Assembly: GCA_965224495.1 (NCBI GenBank)
Contig: CBDCZI010000025.1
Span: 243,495 to 307,494, forward strand
DNA from: Cytophagales bacterium
Lineage (GTDB): Bacteria; Bacteroidota; Bacteroidia; Cytophagales; JAAEPT01
Length of the DNA: 64,000 nucleotides
Direction: 5' to 3'
The notes beneath the pieces were generated by a model that worked only from the letters and a program-made list of their open reading frames with translations, was not told the origin of the DNA and made no database searches. How positions within the stretch are numbered: the first letter of the stretch is position 1; each line of letters begins with the position of its first letter. A program made the position numbers and the translations under genes. Below are positions 40,942 to 50,100 of the stretch, piece after piece.

Positions 40942-41886
40942 ATGAATTTGACAGAAAATAAAATCACGTCGCTTTTTGCTATCAAATATCCGATTATTCA
41001 AGGAGGAATGGTTTGGTGTAGCGGTTGGAAATTGGCAAGTGCCGTAAGTAACGCAGGAGGACTGGGTCTGATTGGCTCTGGCTCGATGCGTCCTGAACTT
41101 CTTAGAGAGCATATTCAAAAATGTAAAAAGGCAACAGACAAACCTTTTGGAGTCAATCTACCGCTGATTTATCCCGCTATAGAAGACCATATCGCTGTTC
41201 TTATAGAGGAGGGTGTGAAAATAGTGTTTACCTCAGCAGGAAATCCTAAGAAATTTACGCCTTTACTTAAAGAGCATCATATCACCGTTGTTCATATCGT
41301 TTCGAGTAGTAAGTTCGCCTTAAAAGCACAAGAAGCTGGTGTAGACGCTATTGTCGCTGAGGGTTTTGAGGCAGGTGGACACAATGGAAGAGAAGAAACA
41401 ACTACTTTTTGCCTTATTCCAGAAGTTGCAAATAAGGTCACAATTCCTGTGTTGGCGGCAGGAGGTGTCGGAACGGGACGGGCGATTGTCGCTTCATTTG
41501 CTTTAGGAGCAGATGGCGTACAAATTGGTAGTTTGTTTGCTACAAGTAAAGAGTCTTCGGCACATATTAATTTCAAAAAGTTAATTACAGCTACTTCTGA
41601 GGGAGGCACCTTGCTAAGTTTGAAGAAATTAATTCCTGTTCGCTTATTGAAAAATGAATTTCAACAACAGGTTTTTGAAAAAGAAAACCAAGGTGCAAAT
41701 GACGATGAATTACGAGAGTTATTAGGTAAGGGGCGAGCGAAAAAAGGTATTCTTGAGGGAGATTTGGTGAATGGCGAATTAGAAATTGGGCAGGTTGCTT
41801 CGCAAATCAAAGAAATACAGTCAGTAGCTACTATTATGGCTAGATTGGTTACTGAAACAGAAAAGGTATTGGCGGAATTTCATTAA
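40942..41886 (+). CDS. Nitronate monooxygenase / FabK-like FMN oxidoreductase
   Basis: The YPIIQGGM, AEGFEAGGH and AAGG..G motifs of the NMO (2-nitropropane dioxygenase) TIM-barrel family. Confidence 0.8.
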   Translation: MNLTENKITSLFAIKYPIIQGGMVWCSGWKLASAVSNAGGLGLIGSGSMRPELLREHIQKCKKATDKPFGVNLPLIYPAIEDHIAVLIEEGVKIVFTSAGNPKKFTPLLKEHHITVVHIVSSSKFALKAQEAGVDAIVAEGFEAGGHNGREETTTFCLIPEVANKVTIPVLAAGGVGTGRAIVASFALGADGVQIGSLFATSKESSAHINFKKLITATSEGGTLLSLKKLIPVRLLKNEFQQQVFEKENQGANDDELRELLGKGRAKKGILEGDLVNGELEIGQVASQIKEIQSVATIMARLVTETEKVLAEFH

Positions 41887-41889
41887 CTT

Positions 41890-42072
41890 GTGTGTGTGAA
41901 AAAACGGTTGATTTGGTTATCACCTGTCATCCTTGTATTAGGTTTATTAAGTTATTTAGTATTCCAAATAGCAGGTGATTATGACTCTTTTTTCATTGTT
42001 TATTCGGAGAACAAAACAGATACAATAAAATTAAAACGCCTTAATTCTTCCCGTTTCAATACCATATTTTGA
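41890..42072 (+). CDS. Possible small membrane protein
   Basis: 60-aa ORF with a GTG start and one TM helix (LIWLSPVILVLGLLSYLVF). No other support. Confidence 0.25.
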   Translation: MCVKKRLIWLSPVILVLGLLSYLVFQIAGDYDSFFIVYSENKTDTIKLKRLNSSRFNTIF

Positions 42073-42081
42073 TTATAAATA

Positions 42082-43965
42082 ATGAACCAACAAGCAATCA
42101 CTCATTTCAAACACCAACTGCAACTTATAGAAATAGAAAAAGAAGCAGAAATCACGATAAACAAACAATTTATCGAGACAGCCTCTGTCAACGAGCGTGT
42201 AAAAAAAGGCTTTAGTTGGTACCCACTTTACATCAAAGAAGAGGGATTTGGTTTGGGAGATTATCCTTATTTACTTATCGAACGAACAAAAAACAAGGGA
42301 GCAAAGCACCGTTTTAGAAGTGGTAACCCTGTCGAGTTGTTTGATGCCAAAGGAAATGATAAAATTCAAGGTGTCATTCACTACATCAAAGATGACCAGA
42401 TGAAACTTATTTTTCATCGAGACGAATTACCTCATTGGGTATCTACCGCAAGTTTGGGACTAAATTTTTTAGTAGATGAGAAATCTTTTTTAGAAATGGA
42501 AAAGGCAATTAAATTTTTACTCGGAACAGAAAACCACCGAACGATTGAATTAGCGGAAACTATTTTAGGTATTCGTCAGCCTTATTTTTTAGACATTCCT
42601 CATCCTATCGAAATACCTCAACTTAATATTTCGCAAAATAAAGCGTTAAATAATATGGTGTCGGCACATGATATTGGAATTATTCACGGGCCACCAGGTA
42701 CAGGGAAAACAACCACATTAGTACAGGTTATTAAACAATTAGCAAAAGGAGAAAAGCATATTTTGGTTTGTACACCAAGTAATGCTGCCGCTGACTTGTT
42801 AACTGAAAAATTAGCTAATCAGAAATTAAACGTTGTGCGAGTAGGTAGTATTTCTCGTGTAGATGAGGCTTTATTACCACATACTTTAGATGAAAAACTA
42901 AAAAGTATGAAGGAATATGGCGAAATAAAAAAGCTCAAAAAACAAGCTGCCGAATACCGACGAATGGCAGGGAAGTACAAGCGTAGTTTTGGAAAATCAG
43001 AGCGAGAACAACGTAACTTAATGTACAAAACTGCCAAGTCATTAAGTCGTGATGCAAACGATTACGAAGACCATTTGATAGACAAACTCTTTGACGAGGC
43101 AGACGTAATTACTTGTACTTTGGTTGGTTCAACTTCTCGTTATGTGGCAAACAGACGCTTTCACACAGTTATTATCGATGAGGCAGCACAAGCGTTAGAA
43201 CCTGCAACGTGGATAGCTATTAACAAAGCGAAAAAAGTAATTTTGGCAGGAGACCCTTTTCAATTACCTCCGACTATCAAATCAAGAGAGGCTGCCAAAG
43301 AAGGTTTACAAGTCACCTTATTAGAGCGTTGTATCAAAGAACAAATGCAAGTCAATTTACTTGACACACAATACCGAATGCACGAAAAGATTATGGATTT
43401 CTCTAATCAGCAGTTTTATGGAGGGAAATTAAAAGCAGATTACTCGGTCAAAGACCATTTGATTGGCGAAGACAAACCCGTGCAGTTTATCGATACGGCG
43501 GGTTGTGGGTTTGAAGAGAAAAAATCGAGAGAAAGTCGAAGTCTATACAATCAAGGTGAATTGGATTTAGTTGTTAAGCTCATCGAACAGCATGTGACTA
43601 TTCATCAAGACAACTATTCGGTAGGTGTTATTTCTCCTTACCGAGAGCAAACTGAACGTTTGACTACCAGTATAAATAAAGCCTACAACTACTTACCTTT
43701 TGTGAAAATTGACACGATAGATGCTTTTCAAGGACAGGAAAGAGATTTGATTATTATTTCTTTGGTTCGTTCCAATGAAAATGCGGAGATAGGTTTTTTG
43801 AAAGATTACCGACGCTTAAATGTGGCACTCACAAGAGCAAGAAAAAAGCTAATTGTTATTGGGGACTCGGCAACCCTTGGTTCAGACAAGTTTTACGGTA
43901 AATTCATGGATTACATTGATAGTATCGATGCTTACCATTCGGCTTACGAATACCTTTATGATTAA
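42082..43965 (+). CDS. SF1 (Upf1/IGHMBP2-like) DNA/RNA helicase
   Basis: Walker A GPPGTGKTT, motif II IIDEAAQ, GDPFQLPPT, and VALTRARKKLIVIGD. Confidence 0.85.
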   Translation: MNQQAITHFKHQLQLIEIEKEAEITINKQFIETASVNERVKKGFSWYPLYIKEEGFGLGDYPYLLIERTKNKGAKHRFRSGNPVELFDAKGNDKIQGVIHYIKDDQMKLIFHRDELPHWVSTASLGLNFLVDEKSFLEMEKAIKFLLGTENHRTIELAETILGIRQPYFLDIPHPIEIPQLNISQNKALNNMVSAHDIGIIHGPPGTGKTTTLVQVIKQLAKGEKHILVCTPSNAAADLLTEKLANQKLNVVRVGSISRVDEALLPHTLDEKLKSMKEYGEIKKLKKQAAEYRRMAGKYKRSFGKSEREQRNLMYKTAKSLSRDANDYEDHLIDKLFDEADVITCTLVGSTSRYVANRRFHTVIIDEAAQALEPATWIAINKAKKVILAGDPFQLPPTIKSREAAKEGLQVTLLERCIKEQMQVNLLDTQYRMHEKIMDFSNQQFYGGKLKADYSVKDHLIGEDKPVQFIDTAGCGFEEKKSRESRSLYNQGELDLVVKLIEQHVTIHQDNYSVGVISPYREQTERLTTSINKAYNYLPFVKIDTIDAFQGQERDLIIISLVRSNENAEIGFLKDYRRLNVALTRARKKLIVIGDSATLGSDKFYGKFMDYIDSIDAYHSAYEYLYD

Positions 43966-43966
43966 A

Positions 43967-44007
43967 AAATTAGAGAAAGTTCATAAATAAAGAACCTTCT
44001 CTAATTT
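43967..44007. terminator. Bidirectional terminator between the convergent helicase and scramblase-like genes
   Basis: AAATTAGAGAAAGTTC...GAACCTTCTCTAATTT, with one mismatch. Confidence 0.65.
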
Positions 44008-44013
44008 AAAAAG

Positions 44014-44607
44014 TTAAGCGGTTTTTAAAACCATATCAATACAAATCACTGAAGCCAAAATCAACCTTCTTCTATCGTCATCAGGAGCTACACTTTCATC
44101 GATAGAAAGCATGTAATTATCAGCCGTAGTAAAGAGTTCTTTACCCAATCCAGCCCATTTTTTAGTTACAGATGCTAATTCTTTTTGGTCATCATCTAAA
44201 AATTTAAAATCCCAACCCGTCCATTTTCCTTTCAAAGCGAAAGCTTTTTTGTTGTCAATATCAAAGATATCAAACTTACTCTTTATAGGAGAAAATCGTT
44301 GTTTAAACGTACCAATAACCTCCTCTGAGTCATTAAACACACTTACAGTTGATAAGAAAAAAGATGATTTTTTATTCAAACGTATGATTTGTTTGCCATC
44401 CAATGTCTTGATGATTACATTAAAAGGAGTCATGCTTTTGTACTTAGAAAAACGCAACATTTTAGTCCAAAAACTCAATTTGTCCTCACGACAATGTAAA
44501 ATCTCCTCTTTGGTATCAGGACAAAGAATATCGTAATTGTTTGCCGCTTTAAACATACCTACATGTTCTTTTACAAAGAAATGGTTTCTATTCAATATTT
44601 CACTCAT
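44014..44607 (-). CDS. Scramblase/LURP1-like (tubby-C-like fold) protein
   Basis: 197 aa. Pattern of beta strands ending in a hydrophobic C-terminal helix (LILASVICIDMVL), as in the phospholipid scramblase/DUF567 families. Confidence 0.55.
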   Translation of the reverse strand: MSEILNRNHFFVKEHVGMFKAANNYDILCPDTKEEILHCREDKLSFWTKMLRFSKYKSMTPFNVIIKTLDGKQIIRLNKKSSFFLSTVSVFNDSEEVIGTFKQRFSPIKSKFDIFDIDNKKAFALKGKWTGWDFKFLDDDQKELASVTKKWAGLGKELFTTADNYMLSIDESVAPDDDRRRLILASVICIDMVLKTA

Positions 44608-44689
44608 AACTGGTTATTTAGTTTATCAAACAATAATATACGGCTAATCATTTAGAATAAATGGTAGGTAATCGTAATTTTGAAAAACA

Positions 44690-45625
44690 ATGGTGGAAAA
44701 ATCAACTAATTACAAAACTGTCGCTTTGCTGTTGGGGGCATTCGGCGTTATATTTTACTCAACCAAGGCGGTTTTCGTCAAGATGGCTTACCAATATGGC
44801 ATTGACCCAATAACATTAATGTCCTACCGATTGTTGTTTTCTATGCCTTTTTATGTTGTTATTTTCCTTGTTTCTAATTACCGAAAAAAAGAAAAGAAGA
44901 CGGGCAAATCGCCAATTAAGCCCAAAGAAATTGCGTTAATTATTTTCTTAGGGTTTATCGGTTATTATATCTCCAGTTTATTAGATTTTGTTGGACTACA
45001 ATATATAGACGCAAGTTTAGAACGTTTAATACTATTCGTTTACCCGACTATTGTTGTGATTTTATCCAAAATATTCTTAAAAAAGCCAGTCACCAAACAA
45101 CAACTTTTAGCCATCGCACTGACCTACCTTGGGGTGTTTGTTATCTTTAGTCAAAGCCTCTTTGGAGATGCCACTTTCCAATCACCAAACTTAGGTTTTG
45201 GTGTCGGTCTTATCTTTCTTTGTGCCTTCACTTACGCCACTTATTTAGTCGGTTCTCATCGCTTATTACCACGCTTTGGAACGATTAATTTCACGACCAT
45301 TGTGATGACCATTTCTTTCGTTTCCGTAGCGATACACTACCATTTCTCCTTTGGTTTCAATTACGAAACCTACCATCCCAACGTGTATTATTTATCTTTT
45401 GCGATGGCAATTGTCAGCACATTATTGCCCTCCTATATGATTGCCGAAGCCATCAAACGCATCGGAGCAAACACGGTTGGTATTTTAGGTAGTTTAGGAC
45501 CTGTTTCGACCATCAGTTTATCCATGCTTTTCTTGGGCGAACGCTTAACTTTGGTTCAATACATCGGTGCATTTATTATTTTGGGAGGGATTTTTATTGT
45601 CAGTCAAAAAAAGAAAACAGAATAA
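44690..45625 (+). CDS. EamA/DMT-family permease
   Basis: 311 aa, 10 TM, with two EamA-like halves. Confidence 0.8.
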   Translation: MVEKSTNYKTVALLLGAFGVIFYSTKAVFVKMAYQYGIDPITLMSYRLLFSMPFYVVIFLVSNYRKKEKKTGKSPIKPKEIALIIFLGFIGYYISSLLDFVGLQYIDASLERLILFVYPTIVVILSKIFLKKPVTKQQLLAIALTYLGVFVIFSQSLFGDATFQSPNLGFGVGLIFLCAFTYATYLVGSHRLLPRFGTINFTTIVMTISFVSVAIHYHFSFGFNYETYHPNVYYLSFAMAIVSTLLPSYMIAEAIKRIGANTVGILGSLGPVSTISLSMLFLGERLTLVQYIGAFIILGGIFIVSQKKKTE

Positions 45626-45647
45626 GTAATTTTAGTGTTTTTTTTAT

Positions 45648-45803
45648 TTGGAGCATCCCCTTAGTAATGAAATGTTTTCTCGGATTTTCATAGCTATAAA
45701 TTCGATAGAAAGAGAGATAACCGATAAAATCAACAAAGGGGACGGGCTTTCACCTATATCTTTGTTCGTTCCTCACAAAGGATGTCGGCTCTATCCCTAT
45801 GCC
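45648..45803 (+). repeat. Dispersed structured element, copy B
   Basis: TTGGAGCATCCCCTT...AAGGGGACGGGCTTT...ATCTTTGT-TCGTTCCTC-ACAAAGGAT...CTATCCCTATGCC. Confidence 0.8.
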
Positions 45804-45860
45804 GAATAGACGACGAGAAAAAGTGTTTGTAGCCACCTTTATTTCGTAGATATCATTTCC

Positions 45861-47105
45861 TTAATGCGTGTGTTCCGTTTCTTCTTTGGTCATTTCTGCT
45901 AATAAATAATAAGCAGAGCTTGTTGCAAATACCGTTTCTTTAGCCATTTTTTTAAGAAATTTTATTTCCACAAAGCCCTTCTCTTTTTGCCCAAGAATCA
46001 CCTCTGTTTTAGTGAAAGTTGATTTACGTTGTTCTTCGTGACCATGACCATGATGGTGGTCATCGTGTGCGTGCGTACCGTGGTTGCTAACCTGCTTTTT
46101 AACAAACACATACGTACGGTTTTTATCAGTTACAACAGCCTCTTCAGGCAATACTGTTGTACTGTCTGTCTGTCCGACCACGATTTTTCCTTTCACGTAC
46201 ATCCCCGAGAGCAAATGCATTTTTTCAGCGTGAATATGTGCGTGGATATGTACAGCACGAGGATTGTTTTCAAAAGCAGGGCTAATAGCAAACACTTCTC
46301 CTTCCATTTTTTTGCCATTATTACTCACCTCAAAAATAATTTTTTGTCCGACTTTCACCTTAGCAATGTCCTTTTCGTAAACCTTTAAAGCGACGTGCAA
46401 ATCATCGTTATTTACCACCTCAAACAACTTGTTTTGTGGCTGAACAAACGCACCAATATTTGTTTGTACCAAACTCACCACGCCTTTTATAGGAGATTTA
46501 ATATAAATAGACGGATAGATTTTACCTTGTTCTACTCTACTCGGACTCAAGCCTAACATACGCAATTTTGCTTTTAGCCCTTCGACATTTGCTAACGTTG
46601 CACGGTAATTGGCAGTTACTTTTTGTAGATTCTTACCCGAACCCACTTTTTCTTTGTAAAGTATTTCTTGGCGTTTTTTCTCTTTTTGCAAATAAATCAA
46701 TTCATTCAAATGGCTCAAATAATCTTGTTGCATTTGTACAATTTCGGGATGCTCCAAATGTGCTAATATTTGCCCTTTCGCAACCTTAGAACCTTCAATG
46801 ACACGTACTTTTTTTATCACTCCACCAACCAAAGACGAAACGTCTGCTTTGTCGTTGGGAGGCAATTCAAGTTCTCCATTAGCATAAACAAATGTGGCTA
46901 AAGGTTTACGTAAAATGAGACCTGTTTTTAGCTTGATTAGTTTTTGTTGTTGGATAGTCAAAACAACTTCCGTTGTACTGTGTTCTGCATGTTCATCGTG
47001 TCCATGTTCATTATGACCGTGTCCCTCGTGTCCTGTTTCTTGTTTTTTTCCGCAAGAGATTGCCAACAAGAGGATACACAAATAAATAATGTTTCTATTT
47101 TTCAT
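45861..47105 (-). CDS. RND efflux periplasmic adaptor (CzcB/CusB-like) with His-rich tracts
   Basis: Lipoprotein-like signal (LLLAISC) and a membrane-fusion-protein fold. His-rich segments GHEGHGHNEHGHDEHAEH and HGTHAHDDHHHGHGHEE. Confidence 0.85.
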   Translation of the reverse strand: MKNRNIIYLCILLLAISCGKKQETGHEGHGHNEHGHDEHAEHSTTEVVLTIQQQKLIKLKTGLILRKPLATFVYANGELELPPNDKADVSSLVGGVIKKVRVIEGSKVAKGQILAHLEHPEIVQMQQDYLSHLNELIYLQKEKKRQEILYKEKVGSGKNLQKVTANYRATLANVEGLKAKLRMLGLSPSRVEQGKIYPSIYIKSPIKGVVSLVQTNIGAFVQPQNKLFEVVNNDDLHVALKVYEKDIAKVKVGQKIIFEVSNNGKKMEGEVFAISPAFENNPRAVHIHAHIHAEKMHLLSGMYVKGKIVVGQTDSTTVLPEEAVVTDKNRTYVFVKKQVSNHGTHAHDDHHHGHGHEEQRKSTFTKTEVILGQKEKGFVEIKFLKKMAKETVFATSSAYYLLAEMTKEETEHTH

Positions 47106-47129
47106 CTTTTTATAACTTAATAAATGAAT

Positions 47130-50100
47130 CTATTTTCCTAACAAATAATCTATCTCAACCACCGATTGGTTGTATTGATTAAGTGTTTTTAAATAATTAA
47201 ATTTTATAGCCAATGCTACGTCGATACTTTGCACGTATTCAATGTAATTAATCGCCTCGTAAGCGAAACTCTTTTGTGCATTACCTAAGATTAAATTAGC
47301 TTGAGAAATACCTTTTGTTTCGTAATAAGCAATACCTAATTTCAATTTGTGGTGCGTTTGAATCAGGTGTTTGTATTTGCCCAATAACTGTGTTTTGTAA
47401 TAATTAGCCTGTGTTTCAGCTTTCATTTTGTCTAAGCCCGATGCCTTTACTTTTGCCGAATTTCCTTTAAACCAAATAGGAATAGCGACACCAAATTGTA
47501 CACCTTGAAACCTTTTTTTTCCTTCAAAATAAGTCGGTGTATTGTCCACATCTTGCCAGCCGACCATTGATTGATTAAAATAACCGACACGGAAATCGGG
47601 TAAATTACTAGCCTTTAATACCGCTTTTTTTTGCTCTGCCAATGTTGATTGATGCATATAATAACTCAATAAAGGATTTGAGGAGATGGCATTTGTATCA
47701 AGAACAAAAACACGTTTTTGAAGCTTTTCGTGTGTCGCATCAACCAAATAATCGACATTTAACAAGGTCTTTAATTGCGTTTGATAAATAGAAATATCGG
47801 CTAGGTTTTGTTCCTTTTCCATTTCGATTTGCATCACCTGAGCTTCGGCATTTACAAACTCTAAATAGCTTGTTTCCTCGGTTTCGTAACGGATTTTTGT
47901 AGCGTGGGCAAACTGTTGGTAAATACTATCTTGAAAAATCAACAACTGCTGACGTTGGTGTAAATAAGCCAAATGCAACCAAACGGCTTTCACTTCTTTT
48001 TTAAGTTCGTTGCCCGTAATCGCCTTTTGCAATTCGCTAGTTACAATTTGCCCTTTTGCTAATTGTACTTGCTTCTTATAAAGAGAAGGAAATTGAAATT
48101 TCTGGTTAATTTCAAAACCAAAATCATTGTTGATACTATTTATTTGTCCGTAATTAAAATCAAAATTGGTCTTTTTAATAGAGATAGCCGATGATTTTAA
48201 GGTTTTCTGTCTTTCAATTTCCAAATCAGCTAATTGCATACTGCCGTTTTTAGACAAAGCAATTTCAACAGCCTTCTCTATTGGTAAAAGGGTCGTTTGT
48301 GCTTTAATAGGTGCGGTAAACACACAGAAAACCACCAAGAGAGCAAGTAGGTGAGGTGAAAGTTTTATTTTATTCATCGTTTTATTTTCTATCATAGCAT
48401 ACAACACAGGCAAGACCACCAAAGTTAATAAAGAAGAAGTTAAAAGACCACCAATAACCACGGTAGCTAAAGGACGTTGTACTTCTGCACCAGCCGAAAC
48501 TGATATAGCCATTGGTAAAAAACCTAAAACATCGGTGGTGGCCGTCAAAAATATTGGTCGGATACGTTCTTTAGCACCTTTCAAAATCCGTTCTTTTAAG
48601 GTCATATTTTCTCCTTGTGTCGTTTTCAAATCATTAAAACTTGCGATTAAAACCAAGCCATTGAGTACAGCAACACCAAACAACACAATAAAACCAACAC
48701 CTGCCGAAATACTAAACGGCATACCCATCACCCACAACGAAAACACACCACCAACCGCAGAAAGAGGGATGGCAATGTAAATAATCATTGTTTGCCAAAA
48801 AGATTTGAGGGCAAGGTAAAGCAAAACAAAAATCAAAAACAACACCAAGGGTACAACGATTAATAAACGGTCTTTTGCTCTTTGCAAATTTTCAAATGTA
48901 CCGCCATATTTAATGTAATAACCCGTTGGTAAATCAAGTTCTGCATCTATTTTTGTTTGTACTTCTTCCACAAAAGACTGTATATCTCGCCCTCGGACAT
49001 TTACACCGACATAAATTCGTCGGTTGGTGTTTTCACGAGAGACTTGCATCAAACCAGGTTGAAAATCTATTTTTGCTACTTCTCGCAAAGGAATATGCGA
49101 GCCATCAGCCAAAGGAATGAAGATATTTTCTAAATCTGTAATGCCTTTACGGTGTGTTTCTTTTAAGCGAATAACCAAGTCAAACCGTTTTTCGCCTTCA
49201 AAAACGACACCTGCGGTCTCTCCAGCAAACGCCATTTTGATGATACTATTAAGTTCTTCAATAGACAGACCATATTGTGCCATTCGGTCACGCTGAAAAC
49301 GCACAGACATTTGCGGTAACCCTTGTGTTGCTTCTACCTTCAAATCGCCAACTCCTTCGACTGTTTGCACGATAGAAGCGATTTGTTGTGATTTTTCGGT
49401 CAATATAGCTAAACTTTCGCCATACAATTTGATAGCCACATCTTGGCGAACACCTGTCAGTAATTCATTAAATCGCATTTGAACAGGTTGTGTAAATTCA
49501 AAATTTATACCAGGTAAAACAGCCAACTCTTTTTTGAATTTTTTGACTAACTCTTCTTTTGAAGAAGCAGAAACCCACTCTTTTTTAGGTTTCAGTAAAA
49601 CAAACATATCCGCAACATCCATCGGCATCGGGTCGATAGGTATTTCAGAAACACCGATACGAGCAACCACTTCTTTCACCTCGGGAAACTTAGCTAACAA
49701 TATTTCTTCTATGTAATTGGTCGATTGTATCGCTTCATCGAGCGAACTACCAGGTTTTAATAAAGCGTGTAAAGCAAGGTCTCCTTCATCAAGATTGGGC
49801 ATAAACTCACCACCCATTCTGCTAAATAGGAAAATAGCTACCGCCATAAAAGCAACTGAAAGTCCTAAAACTAACTTTGTTTTTGTCAATACCCACGACA
49901 ATAATTTCACGTAGTTGTTCTCTAACCAAACAATAAAACGGTCGCCGAAAGTTAATTTTTTCTTTGCTTTTTTATTCATAAACAAAGCCGAAACCATAGG
50001 TACGTAAGTCAAGCACAAAATCATTGCACCCATTACCGCAAAACTAAAAGTCATCGCCATTGGTTTAAACATTTTACCTTCAACACCCGTCAAAGTCAAA

